Source: Prorocentrum cordatum
Taxonomy: Eukaryota
Length of the DNA stretch: 64,000 bases
Direction of reading: 5' to 3'
Assembly (NCBI GenBank): GCA_963575745.1
Contig: CAUYUJ010000015.1
Location: 372,001 to 436,000 of the forward strand
Positions 44,954-56,715 of the stretch are shown in pieces (the first letter of the stretch is position 1; every line of letters starts with the position of its first letter). A program made the translations under genes and the position numbers. The notes beneath the pieces were generated by a model. That model had not been told where the DNA came from. It did no database searches and worked only from the letters and a program-made list of their open reading frames with translations.

Positions 44954-45729
44954 CCAGTCTCAACACATTCGGGTGCTTCATAGAGATTCGGGCGCTTCAT
45001 AGCGGTCCTCCTCCTCCTCCTCCTGCTCCTGCTCCTCCTCCTCATCCTCCTCCTCCTCCGCTTCCTCTTTCTCTTCCTCCTCCTCCTCCTCCTCCTCCTC
45101 CTCTTCCTCCTCCTCCATCTCCTCCTCTTCCTCCTCCTCCTCCTCCTCCTCCTCCTCCTACCAGGCGGGGTAGGGGGGGGGGGCGGAAGTGAGAAGAAGG
45201 AGGAGGGGAAGGGACGAGGGAAGCGGGAGGAGGTAGGATCGCGGAGGCAGGAGGAGGATGAGGAGGAGGAGGAGAAGGAGGAGGAGGAGGAGGAGGAGGG
45301 AGGGAGCGAGCGAGGGAGGGGGGAGCAAGGGAGGAGGAGCAGGAGGAGGGAGTAGGAGGGGCAGGAACAGGAGGAGGAGGAGGAGGCGGAGGAGGAGGCA
45401 AGGGAGAGGGAAAAAGGGTTGGAGGAGGATGAGGATGAGGAGGAGGAGAGGAGGATGATGATGAGGAGGAGGAGTCCTGCTACTGCTGCTGCTGCTGCTG
45501 CTTCTCCTCTTTCTCCTCCTCCTCCTCCTCATCCTCCTGCTCTTTGCTCCTGCTCCTGCTGCGCCTCCTCCTACTCCTGCCCCCCTGCTCCTCCCCCTCC
45601 TCCTCCTCTTCCTCCTGCTCCTCCTCCCTCCTCCTCCTCGTACTCGTCCTCCTCCCTCCTCATCCTCGTATTCCTCCCGCGTCTCCTGCTCCTGATGCTG
45701 CTGCTCCTGCTCCTTCTCCTGGCCCCGAT

Positions 45730-45760
<31 letters not shown>

Positions 45761-47022
45761 TTCGCATGCCCTGTTCACGTATGTTGGAGGTTTCGTGTGT
45801 TGGGAGGTTTGTGGTATTGGGGAGTTGGTGCGTTGAAAACTCGTGCGTCGACCCCTCGTGCTGGGGCTTTTGCCCCTCATGCGTTGACCACTCATACTAG
45901 GGCTTCGACCCATCTTACCTCATGCGTTGACCTCTCATGTCATGCTGGGAGTTTGACCCCGCATGCGTCGACCTATCATGCTGGGGCTTCGGCGCCTCAT
46001 GCGTTGACCCCTCATGCAGGGGCTCTGGCCCATCTTACCTCATGCGTTGGCCCCTCATGCTGGGGCTCGTACCCCTCATGCGTTGACCCCTCATGCTGGA
46101 GCTTTGGCCCTTCATGCGTCGACCCCTCATGCTGAGGCTTCGACCCCTACTACCCCGTGCCTTGACCCCTCGTGCTGGGTGTTATGCCCCTCATGGGTTG
46201 ACCCCTCATGATGGGGTTTGTACACCTCGTGCGTCGACCCCTCATGCTGGGGCTTTGGTTCCGCTTACCTCATGGGTTGACCCCTCATGCTAGAGTTTGC
46301 ACCCATCATGCGTCGACCCCTCATGCTGGGTCTTTGTCGCCTCATGACTCGACCCCTCGTGCTTGGGCTTTGGGCCCTCTTGCCTCATGCGTTGACCCCT
46401 CATGCTGGGGCTTGTACCCCGCATGCGTCGAACCCTCATGCTGGGGCTTTGGCCCCTCATGCGTTGACCCCTCATGCTGGCGCCTTTTGTCCCGCTTAGC
46501 TCATGCGTTGACCCTCATGATGGGGCTTGTACCCCTCATGCGTCGACCCCTCATGCTGGGGCTTTTGCCCCTCATGGATTGACCCCTCATGCTGGCGCCT
46601 TGGTCCCGCTTAGCTCATGCGTCGACCCCTCATGCTGGGGCTTGTACCCCTCATGCGTTTACCCCTCATGCTGGGGCTTTGGCCCCTCACGCGTCGACCC
46701 CTCATGCTGGGGCTTTTGCCCCTCATGCGTCGACCCCTCATGCTGGCGCCTTGGTCCCGCTCAGCTCATGGGTTGACCCCTCACGCTGGGGCTTGTACCC
46801 CTCATGCGTTGACCACTCATGCTGGGACTTTGACCCCTCATGCGTCGACCCCTCATGCTGGGGCTTCGGCCCCTCTTACCTGGTGCGTTGACCCCTCTTG
46901 CTGGGGCTTGTCCCCCTCATGCGTTGACCCCTCATGCTGGGGCTTTGGCCCCTCATGCGTCGACCCCTCATGCTGGGGTTTTACCCCCCATGCGTTGATC
47001 CCTCATGCTGGAGCTTCGCCCC
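44954..47022 (+). repeat. Left arm of long inverted repeat (TCC/GGA tracts plus CCCCTCATGCTGGGG satellite)
   Basis: 44954-46787 is colinear with the reverse complement of 59234-61139. Confidence 0.88.
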
Positions 47023-47059
<37 letters not shown>

Positions 47060-47261
47060 TGGCACCGATCCTCCTCCTCCTCCTCCTGCTCCTGCTCCTC
47101 TTCCTCCTGCTTCTGATCCTGCCCCTTCCCTCTCCATCTCCTCCTGCTGCTGCTGCTGCTCCCCATCGCCTTTTTTCTCTTCCTCCTCCTCCTCTCCTCC
47201 TCCTCCTCCTCCTCCTCCTCCTCCTCCTCCTCCTCCTCCTCCTCCTCCTCCTCGTATTTCC

Positions 47262-47385
47262 CTCGGGATTTGCCGGGAAGCTCAGGGGGTGCCCGCCCCG
47301 GGATTTGCGGGGAAACCCGGGGGGGCCCGCCCCGGGATTTGCCGGGCTCAGGGGAGGCCCGCCCCGATTTGCCGGGAAGCCCAGG
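47262..47385 (+). repeat. ~33-bp GGGCCCGCCCCGGGATTTGCCGGGAAGCCC satellite, left part
   Basis: Resumes in the same orientation at 57019. Confidence 0.85.
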
Positions 47386-47806
47386 CTGATACAACTGGCT
47401 GGACTTGAAACACATATAGAACATGAAGTCTTACAAAAAACAGTTACGGAACTTATGATTCTAAGTTTTTGTGCGAGTTCAAACGAACTTGTAGGTATAA
47501 AACTAAGTAAAATAAGTTCCATAAATTCTGGGGCGCTGTTTTTGGGATTCAGCGGGCGCGATATCACTCGCGAAAACCAAGTCCAACTCGTGAACATAGA
47601 GCTCCTTTTGATATCAATGGCCCAACAGGAAACCCTCCCCCTGTCGGTGGGGTTAAAGGTTTTCCCCCTCTTCCTCCTCCAGCGGGTCGTCCGCTTCACT
47701 CCGACGTTTTGGCTCAGACGTGCCGCCCCCTTGTTTATACTTAGTGGCTCGCCTTTGGCTTGTCAGCGCCCCTGGCATGGTTTCACAAATTTGGGATATA
47801 TGGAAC

Positions 47807-48388
47807 ATGGCCGAAGAAGGGCCGATCGAGCCCCTTCCCATTGAGTGGCAGCGGGCGTGCGCTTACCAACCCGTTGGATCGAGCTCCGACATGCCCACGC
47901 CCATCTCGCTCAGCAGCGACCCTCAATACGTTCGCGTCTCCTGGGGTGCGTCAAGTTCGAGCGGCTCGGGGTCCGCAACAGTCCATGGGCCGCAATATGA
48001 CATCGATGGTTGGGCCCCCGACCAATTCGCAGCTGGAGATCTCCACGGTTGGGCCCCCGATATTTTCGCAGCTGGACATGCACAGGAAGGCCCCCTGGCT
48101 CCTGAATATGGTCGTGGCCCCGATGGCCCCCTGGCTCCTGAAGATGGTCGTGGCCCCGATGCACCCGTGAGTGAGGCGCAGCGGCCGAAAATGAACAGGA
48201 AGGGCAGCGGAGTGAAGCGTTGTAGGCCAGGCCATCCTGACGGACCTCGCTGGGGCACCCGCGGAGGCACAAAAAACGAGAATGTGCGGTGGCATACCGC
48301 CAAAGCGCGTGCTGAGAAGCAGGGCCGTCTTAGCGAGTTTCTGTTGAACAATCCGAAGCCCAAGAATTCTAAGGGGCTCCAACCATAG
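47807..48388 (+). CDS. Orphan cargo protein with basic C-terminus
   Basis: ATG at 47807 (or 47777); short internal duplications; RWGTRGG..WHTAKARAEKQGRLSEFLLNNPKP. Confidence 0.5.
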   Translation: MAEEGPIEPLPIEWQRACAYQPVGSSSDMPTPISLSSDPQYVRVSWGASSSSGSGSATVHGPQYDIDGWAPDQFAAGDLHGWAPDIFAAGHAQEGPLAPEYGRGPDGPLAPEDGRGPDAPVSEAQRPKMNRKGSGVKRCRPGHPDGPRWGTRGGTKNENVRWHTAKARAEKQGRLSEFLLNNPKPKNSKGLQP

Positions 48389-49333
48389 ACATCTAGCTGG
48401 CATCGTGATTCGGTTCCCGCTGCACGCAGGCAAAAACACACACCATCATGATCATCATCACCCACGCCCGCTCCACTCACCCAGGCTCGCCCGCCCACCA
48501 CGTGCGTTTTGTGCCACCCATGTGCCCATATGACTGTGCCGATGGCGCGTCCTGCTTGGGCCGCGCGAGGGCTCCAAGAAGGCTCTAGTTTGTTGCGGGT
48601 GCTCTGGGTGGGGGGGGCATCCCTGGGTTCGCCCTGGCGCAACCTGGGGGACTCCTGACAGCGTTGCACCCCCTAACAAAAAAAAACTGCGCGAAACCGC
48701 TAGGGGGACAGACGTGCAACCATGAGGGAGGGCACACGCGAAACCATATAGGGGGGACACACGTGAAACCACTAGGGGGCGTCTACGTATCCCTCTCTCA
48801 AGCTCTCTTTCCCTATCCCTCTCTCTCTATATATATACATATATATATCGCAATATATATATATATATATATATATATAGATTTGTATATATATATCCCG
48901 ATATTTGGGCGGGGACGGGGCGGAGACGGATGAGACCTCGAGGGGGCGTAGGGTTCTCATCATTCCGGGCACCCGCCGTGTGCCCACCCAGGCGTGTTGA
49001 TGGCGATGATTGGGGGCCCAGGCTATTCTTCGCACTATGTGGGCTCGTTGCGGGGGTATAGTGCTTGAGGGTTCGACTGGGACAGCCTCATCCCCATCCT
49101 AACTCGTCGTGCTCGTTGTGAGTGATTCTCCTCCTCCCCCGTCCTCGGCCCTCCCCCGTCATCGCCCCCACTCCCCTTCTATCCCCCACGTCTTCCGCCT
49201 CTTCGTCAGCATCGTCCTCATCGTCCGACCCACGTCTCATCCTCCACCTCCCATCCTTGCGCATCCTCCGTTGCGTCCTCCAGTGCACCTTCCGCCCTCC
49301 CCTCCAGCGGCACGCCCGCTATAGGCTCGAGAC

Positions 49334-51074
49334 ATGGCGTCCCCAGGGACATCGACCCGCATTCGGGCTAGGCTGGGGGCAATACGCATCTTGTTGCGCG
49401 ATCTCGTAGGAACACCCCAACACAAGCCTGTGTCTCAGACGCAGGCTACTGCGGTCATGGCCTTGATCAAGAAAGACGGGCCGCAGCTATCCTCGGAGGA
49501 GAAGGCCCACCTGACGGCCAGGGTTGGGCAGGTGTATTTCTTTGAAGGTCATGACGTGCCAATCATGGAAGCGCTGGCTGGCCTCGACGACGTTGCAAAC
49601 GGGCGCAGCAGCAAACGCAAAATGGGCCAAGACTACCGTCCTTTCCTTGCACACATTTCCAGGGCTGGCTGGTGCAGGCTTCTGGGAGATGAAGTGCCTG
49701 CACACGCGGCGCTCAACATTCTCGTTCAACGCATCATTCGCCTAGGCGGGACCAGCCCGCGCGAATACAGCATGAAATTTGTGACTTCGACGTGGATGTT
49801 CATTACAGATGAGAACGTGGACCAGCTGAATTACTGGGCCAAGAAGAAGAACCTGGAGCATGTAAAACGAGAATTTCGACGACAAGCGGATAAGGCGCCA
49901 GCGCCACCCGTCTTCATTCAAGATCTTCCAGGATCTCCAGCCGAGTTGCTGACCAAGTTCCCGCAGATATGCCACCTGGCTTTCGCAGCTGAGGACGTGC
50001 CATCAGCGTGCCCGCTGGACTTGAGGAAGCTCCGAGAGCTCGACGACTCCTACACATGCCGCGGGGGGACGACTCCTCATCGCGGCGCGGATAGCTCTGG
50101 AGCCATTTGCACCCGTGACAGCGACACCAGCAGCAGCATGGAGCGGCTCATGATGCAGCAGATGCAGCAGATGAACTTCCTGGCGCAGCTTGCAGCACGT
50201 GCGATCGGACATGGTGGTCACGGCCCAGAGCCACAGGATCTACTTAGGAGCGCGAATTTCGATGCCTTCGATGCGCCTCGTCGGCCATCCAGGCACCGAG
50301 CACTTGCAGCGGGCAGCGGCTTTCAAGAAGTGCATGGGGCAGCGGCAGGCGATTCAGCAGCCGAGGCGCCAGCGGCAGCAGCACGCCCTCCACCTGTCGA
50401 AGTACTGGCTTTGCTGCCGCCCCGCGCTGCAGAGCAAGCAGATGGCCAAGCAGGGCAGTCTCAACCAGCTGCCGCACCAGCAGGCGTGCAACAACTATGT
50501 GACGTGTCAGGCCCGCCACAGATTGCGCCTACAAGCGGGACTCCATCATTCCCTCCTGTTCCTGGTCATCAACTTCCCGCTCGTCCGAGGGCATCTCTTT
50601 GTGCGAACGCGCAGCACGCGATGGATGTGATGCAGCGGAAGCGGGATGACGCGAAGCAGAGGGCGGCGATGAAGAGACCTGCCGCTGCAAAGCCTCCAAT
50701 CGCCAGTGGAGGCGATGCCGACGAGGCCTACGTCGAGGACGGCGATGAGGCTCCAGCCACGACCACCCCCCCCCATGAAGAGGGCCAAGCCTGCAAACAA
50801 TAGCCCCGAACAACACAGTGCAAAAGGAGAACCACGAGTCGCCTTGAAAGCTGGCAAGGCGACGCAGACGCTCGCCAAAATATCAGTCGAAGATTTCGTC
50901 GGGTGGAGCTCGAGCGACAAAGACCGCACCAAAAATGCTTTCGCCTCGGCGGCGTACGGCAAGGCTAAGACTCGGGCTCTTGGTGCCAAATGGCCCAAGG
51001 AGAAAGCGCTAGACCTGGCGCGCCAGGCCTGCAGGCGCGCCGCGGCAGTCTACGACGCCAACTGCGCAGCCTGA
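49334..51074 (+). CDS. Orphan cargo protein, frameshifted at the C9 run 50766-50774
   Basis: A 489-aa ORF with a helical N domain; the +1 frame supplies a natural-looking C-terminus (..AFASAAYGKAK..ARQACRRAAAVYD). Confidence 0.7.
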
Positions 51075-51909
51075 CCATTTTGGCAGCTAGCAATGCATGG
51101 CAGTCCTGCTTCCTCACCTTTTCGTCCATTTACATCTCATCCAGCCTCTCTCCTCACCCCTCCTGCCCCATCCCCCTCCCTTCATCCTTCCACCATTCGT
51201 TCCTTAACATCTCATCCTCCTCATTCCCTTTCTCTCCCCGTCCTCCCCCCCCGTCCCTCCCTCCTGCCCTATCCCCCGTCCACGTATTCCTTCGTCTCTA
51301 CTCCACGTCCGTGCCGGCACGTTTTCGCCAATTGTATTTTGCATGCTCTCGCTTTGGGGCAGCGCTAGGGGCTAGTTGCAATCGTCGGAGGCGCGACGCA
51401 GACAACGGCGCGACTGGAAGAGATCCTCTCTGGCGGCCTTTGGGGGATCAGAGGAACAGGATGAGCATGGCGAGGAACGAATGGGGGGAAAAGGAACACA
51501 AAGGAAAGATTAGGGAAGAAGAGTAGGATGAGGAGGATGAGGAGGATGAGGAGGAGGAAGAGGAGGCAATGGTAGGTTAAGGCGGGAAAACAACGATGGG
51601 CGGGTAATGCCACGCGATGGGATGTTTCGGTCAGTGCCAGGCGATACGAGGCTAAGGCCAGGGCGAGAGACCCCAAGAGCCACCAAGAACGCCCCAAAAG
51701 CCACCAAGAGAGCCCCCCAAAAAAGAGACCCCAGAGGTTCCCAATAGGCCCTAGAGGTTCCCAACAAGGCCCAGCAGTCCCCCTCTTGCCCACTACCAGC
51801 TTTCTGCCCCTGAAAAAGCCTTAGTGGGCAAGATCTGTTTTGGGTGTGCTTGGGGGCCATCTAGACACCTCCCCCCCCCCCCAGGGGCCCCCGAGAGGCC
51901 GCGCGGCCG

Positions 51910-52235
51910 CGTCAGCAGCGCGTTAGCAGCGCGTTAGCGGGGCGTTAGCGGTGGCGTTAGCAACATTAGCAGCTGTGTTGCTAACGCGTTAGCAACGTTA
52001 GCAGATGCGGTGCTAACGGGCTGCGAATTGTTGCTAATGCCCTTGCTAATGGTGCTAACGGTTAGCGGCTAACGCTGCTAACGCCACCACTCGATACATT
52101 CGCATTAGCAGCAATCCGTGCTAACGGTTAGCAACGTTAGCACGGGTGTTGCTAACGGTTAGCGGCGCGTTAGCAAGATGTTGCTAATGCCCTTGCTAAT
52201 GTTGCTAACGCGTTTGCTAACGACCTGCTAACGCC
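51910..52235. repeat. GTTAGC/GCTAAC mixed-orientation repeat cluster
   Basis: Dozens of TTAGC and GCTAA motifs. Confidence 0.85.
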
Positions 52236-52344
52236 TGTCCTCGCCCTGTTCCTCCACTCCTCCACCCCCAGCGGCTTATCCGCTGCAGCGGCTCAAGCTG
52301 CCGCATCTGAGAGCTACCGATCGCGCCTTACTCGCCAATCCACC

Positions 52345-54276
52345 ATGGCGAGGCTTGAAGAAAACGACTGCGCCATCTGTCAGGGCCCTCTCGAAGATGG
52401 CTCTGGCGAGCCAATCCACGCGATGATGTGCGCCCACCGCTACCACGCCTACTGCGTGAACACGCTCTGCGAGACGAATGGCTGCGAGCTGCTGGACGTG
52501 GAGTGCCCCTTGTGCAAGGAGACGGGGCAAACGCTCGCAGAGAGGGAGAGGACTCTTTTCGGAGACGGTGGCGCGCTCGACCACGACCCCGCCCTCGACG
52601 GCGGCCAGATCAGCAGCGACGACGGAGAGCCAGCAGCCGAGGAAGATGACGAGCAAGCTGCTGGCGGGCCAGCTGATGACGACTCGGACGCGCCGATCTC
52701 GAGGCGGCCGAGTCGTCGCGTCTTGGGGGGCCCCATCATGCAGAGCCTCGCCGCTGGCGCAGCGGCTTCGGCCAAGGGGAAGGGCAAGCGCTCGAAGGGC
52801 AGGGGCAAGGCCAAGGCCAAGGCCAAGGCCAAGGACCAGGCCAAGGCCAAGGGCCAGGCCAAGGCCAAGGGCCAGGCCAAGGCCAAGGCGCGCGCGGCAG
52901 CGCCTGAGCACGACGAGGAGGCCCCTGAGCCACGCGAGGAGGCCGCGGGGCCAGACCTTGAGCCGCCGCCTCCGCCACCTCCAGCACCAGGTCCACCTCG
53001 GCCACCTGCGGCGCCTGATCAGCCACGGCCTCCTGATGCTCAAAGGTCAATGTTGTCGACGGTCCCGAAGTTCTGCAGCGAGTGCCGCCTCTGCTGCATG
53101 GACTGCGGCCACGAGGTGCAGCGCCACGAGGGCATCCGCCTGAGGAACAAGGCCAAAGGCATGTACCAATGCAACAGGTGCAACACCCACCTGTCGCAGC
53201 TGGGCCAGGAGTTCGGCAAGGGCCTGACGGGGAAGATGGAGTACATGAGTCCAGATGCGAGGAAGACCTTCATGAGCGACATTCGGAACATCACCAGCGG
53301 CAAGGATGTCTTTGCTAAATTCAAGGAGATGAGCAAGAACTACGAGGCCCACGAGGAGTTCTACGCCGAGGGGGGCGAGTTTCTCCCCCTCAGCGTGTGG
53401 GCGACGAGAGGGTTCGACAGGGAGCGGATCGAGCAGAACAGCAGGCCGAAAGATATTGAGGAGCACGAGGTTGTGGGAACCACATACAGGGTCCCTATCC
53501 GCAGCTCTGGGATCCGCGGCCATAAAGGCAAGGCAGAAGAGAGCGTCGGGGAAGCGGAGCACGACAAGAAAAAGTTCAAGAGCAGCGATGACCCTGGGCA
53601 GGCTAGCGGCTCTGCGGGCCAGAGCACTGGCGCGAACGGCAGCGGCGCCAAGGCGAAAGACAGCGGCAACAGCGACAGTTCCAGTTCGCCCTCGAGTTCC
53701 AGCAGCGATAAGCACAAGTCCAAGAAGGCCAAGAAGAATAATAAGGCAAAGAAAGCCAAACAAGAGAAGAAGAGGGCCGCGAAACAGGCCCAGAAAGAGA
53801 GGGAGCACGCCAAGAGAGAGAAGCAGCTGGCCAAAGACAACGAGAAGAAAAACAATCAGCAGCTCAAGATGGTCGATAGCCTCTACGATCCGATGAAGGA
53901 CCTCAAAAAGGAGACGGAGAAAATCGTCAGGAACCCCAATTTCGGCGAGTTGAGGCAGCGCGTGCGCGACAACGTGGAGAGCAGCAGGAAGCTGTTGAGG
54001 GATATCATCTCGGACTTTGACGGGGTGAAGGCTGGAGAGACCGACGTCACCATCCGCCACGTGAGCGACGCCAGCAAGGCGAAGGACGCCCCTTCTACTC
54101 CACCTCCCTCGCTTTTAAAAAATACCTCATCCTCATGTCCTCCTTCTTACCTTTCCCCCTCCTCCTCCTCCACCTCCTCCCCCTCCTCTTCCTTTGCGCA
54201 GGAGCTCATCAGAGACATCAAGCGCAAGAACGATTCGGTGGAGCAGCTGCTGTCGATCGGCTCGCGGTTCGACTGA
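52345..54276 (+). CDS. RING-H2 zinc finger protein with a second Zn ribbon and Lys-rich coiled coil
   Basis: CAIC..CAHRYHAYC..CPLC (C3H2C3); CMDC..CNRC; probable in-frame intron at 54085-54201. Confidence 0.85.
   Translation: MARLEENDCAICQGPLEDGSGEPIHAMMCAHRYHAYCVNTLCETNGCELLDVECPLCKETGQTLAERERTLFGDGGALDHDPALDGGQISSDDGEPAAEEDDEQAAGGPADDDSDAPISRRPSRRVLGGPIMQSLAAGAAASAKGKGKRSKGRGKAKAKAKAKDQAKAKGQAKAKGQAKAKARAAAPEHDEEAPEPREEAAGPDLEPPPPPPPAPGPPRPPAAPDQPRPPDAQRSMLSTVPKFCSECRLCCMDCGHEVQRHEGIRLRNKAKGMYQCNRCNTHLSQLGQEFGKGLTGKMEYMSPDARKTFMSDIRNITSGKDVFAKFKEMSKNYEAHEEFYAEGGEFLPLSVWATRGFDRERIEQNSRPKDIEEHEVVGTTYRVPIRSSGIRGHKGKAEESVGEAEHDKKKFKSSDDPGQASGSAGQSTGANGSGAKAKDSGNSDSSSSPSSSSSDKHKSKKAKKNNKAKKAKQEKKRAAKQAQKEREHAKREKQLAKDNEKKNNQQLKMVDSLYDPMKDLKKETEKIVRNPNFGELRQRVRDNVESSRKLLRDIISDFDGVKAGETDVTIRHVSDASKAKDAPSTPPPSLLKNTSSSCPPSYLSPSSSSTSSPSSSFAQELIRDIKRKNDSVEQLLSIGSRFD
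54085..54201 (+). other. Predicted in-frame GA-AG intron (117 nt)
   Basis: AAG|GACGCC..pyrimidine-rich..GCGCAG|GAG; translates as an out-of-place Ser/Pro run inside a helical region. Confidence 0.7.
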
Positions 54277-54732
54277 CACGAGGGTGTTTTGTTCCAGGGC
54301 AATCGCAAAACAATTGTATTCCACGCTTCTTTGAATGAGTCAGTGAGTTGCGTGTTGAGGACGCGCGACGGCCCAACTCACCGTGCCACTGCAACTGTTT
54401 TAATCAGAAAGCCCGGGCTGAGAGACGGTGAAAATCCAGAGGCCTCGGAAGGGGAGGGTCCAGGATAGAATAGGAGGATGATGCAGGATTACGTAGGGGA
54501 TTAAATAGGATTACATAGGATGATGCAGGATTAAATAGGATTACATACGATGATGCAGGTATTGCGAGGAAGCAAGACAAGGGTGAGGTGAGAGGATTAC
54601 ATCATTGCCATCAACCGCATAAATCGCCACCATCATCACCATCACCATCACCATCTTAACCATCAGCGATACCAACACCACAACCATCACCATTGCCATC
54701 ATCAACATCTCGTCGCAGCGGCTTTTCCGCTG

Positions 54733-56715
54733 GTGGCTCATGGCCCAAGGGCGGGAGCCAAAACGTTTGAGGTGGCAATCAGCTCTTCACGCGGGGGCAC
54801 TTCCCTTCATGGCCTGCGTTCGCTTATCTCTAAGATCTCTGGGGAGACAGTTGGGACATCAACTTTGCGCGAAGCCAATCAGACAATATTTGAAAAAGTG
54901 CGCTCTGACACGCAATTCAACTTGAAGGATGGGACGCCCTTCAAATGGGAGAAAGCCCATCCAGCGCTAGCGCTCCAGGAAATAGTTGCCGCGCCCCCTG
55001 ACTTACAGGAATGTTTCGCGAAGGCCCTGCGTCGTCATCCATCCTCCTTAGATTCTCGGTGGAAGCTTATTCTAGCCATGGACGAATACACGCCAGGCGA
55101 CAAAAAGAAGCCCAAAAACCTACGAAAGCAGATGGTTGTATCTTTTTCGTTTCTACAGCTAGGGCCGTCCGCACTATGCCATGGGGCATGCTGGACAACG
55201 TTTGCGACGCCGAGGTCAACTATAATCCAAAAGACTCCAGGGGGGTGGTCATCACTGCTCAAGGTGCTGCTGAGAGACATTGTAAATGGGCAGCTTTCTT
55301 TTGGCGCTGCAGGCGTACCCCTTGCAATACAAGGGCAGACAACGCTGATCTTCGCTGACGTCGGAATGATCCTCACAGATTTAGACGGGCATCGAATGGT
55401 GCATGATTGGATGGGCGCTGGCAGCCACAAACCATGTCTTCTATACACTAATTGCTGGAAAAAACGGTTGCCACTGATCCCAGGAGCTTTCGATATTTGT
55501 TGCACCGAGTTCGAAAACTTTACCCAGCTAGATACCGACACAATGGTCGAAACAATGGCATTTATGGTTGCATCCAAACATGACTTTGACAACGGGTTAA
55601 TGGGAGTAGGAGAGTTCAAAGAGTTGGAACAAGGCATGGGATTGCATCCAAATGAGCAGGGGATTCTTGCTGATCATGAGCTGTCCCAAGCTTTGGGCAT
55701 TGCTGAAATTTATCGTTCGGACTGGGTTCACGACTTCCTACAACACGGTGTGTTCGCCAGAGAATGCACGGCGTTCGTTCGAGCGTGCGAAGAGAAGGCG
55801 GGCCTGGAATTCTCGATGTGGGCTGATCTGATGAAGTCCGACTGGAGGTTCCCGCGTAGCCGAGGAGTGAAAGCCTCGCAACTACACGAAGCCTTTGTAT
55901 CGCATAACGATGAAGAACATCGCTCAGTAAAATGCAAAGCATCAGACTACATATGTCTATACATGATGATGAGACATTATGTAGAATGCGATTTGCTAGG
56001 AGACCCAGACCTGCAGAAAGAAAGTGAATCATTTGTATCGGCTTGTCTAGTTTTAGATTTGTTGCTGGAGGCAAAGCGAGCTCCAGAGACGGGGCTCGCA
56101 AACATCACGCTAGAGCTGAGGCGGGCATTGAAAGATTTCCTTGGTAAACACAAAGAAGCGTACGGAGACAGATATTGGCTTCCAAAACATCACCAGATGC
56201 TGCACATACCTTGGCAGATTGATCGAGATAAAATGATTCTGGATATGTTTGTGGTGGAACGACTCAACTTGAGAGTGAAAGGACTCGCAGAGATAATAAA
56301 AAACACCCAACGTTTCGAGCATTCGGTCATGTGTTCTCTGTTGAGCAAACATCACAACCAAGTGGTGGACGGAATTGTTGGACTCAGAGACGGTTTGATT
56401 GGAGGCACGAAGCCTCTGACTGGGTTTCCCGATGTAACACTGGCGCGCCAAGTGTGTTTCGAAGGCAAGCAATTCCACATTGATGATATCGTGATTTTCG
56501 ATGATTCTGCAGGCATGGTCATCGCATGTGCACAAGAACATAACAACTTGTTTCTAGTTGTCCGCAGCATGCTTCCGACGGGCGAGAGAACTCGCTCGTC
56601 TGTCTGGTACACTTTAGGGGAAGGCCTCACTGCAGTCAGTTTGCGGCACGCGTTTGCTGCCAATGCTTGGTACAATGTGGATGGTGCTGTAAATCAGTAT
56701 GCTGTCCTCCTTTAA
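54733..56715 (+). CDS. CACTA/En-Spm (CMC)-type transposase
   Basis: LILAMDEYTPG, LTDLDG..GAGSHKPCLLY, SDWVHDFLQHG, LPKHHQMLH..FVVERLNLRVK. The true start may be ATG 54740, with a 1-nt loss in the G run 54793-54797. Confidence 0.8.
   Translation: MAHGPRAGAKTFEVAISSSRGGTSLHGLRSLISKISGETVGTSTLREANQTIFEKVRSDTQFNLKDGTPFKWEKAHPALALQEIVAAPPDLQECFAKALRRHPSSLDSRWKLILAMDEYTPGDKKKPKNLRKQMVVSFSFLQLGPSALCHGACWTTFATPRSTIIQKTPGGWSSLLKVLLRDIVNGQLSFGAAGVPLAIQGQTTLIFADVGMILTDLDGHRMVHDWMGAGSHKPCLLYTNCWKKRLPLIPGAFDICCTEFENFTQLDTDTMVETMAFMVASKHDFDNGLMGVGEFKELEQGMGLHPNEQGILADHELSQALGIAEIYRSDWVHDFLQHGVFARECTAFVRACEEKAGLEFSMWADLMKSDWRFPRSRGVKASQLHEAFVSHNDEEHRSVKCKASDYICLYMMMRHYVECDLLGDPDLQKESESFVSACLVLDLLLEAKRAPETGLANITLELRRALKDFLGKHKEAYGDRYWLPKHHQMLHIPWQIDRDKMILDMFVVERLNLRVKGLAEIIKNTQRFEHSVMCSLLSKHHNQVVDGIVGLRDGLIGGTKPLTGFPDVTLARQVCFEGKQFHIDDIVIFDDSAGMVIACAQEHNNLFLVVRSMLPTGERTRSSVWYTLGEGLTAVSLRHAFAANAWYNVDGAVNQYAVLL

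Noticed and set aside
51075..51083. CCATTTTGG partial spliced-leader match
   Set aside because: Only ~10 nt, lacks the TCAAG end, and lies just after a stop codon.
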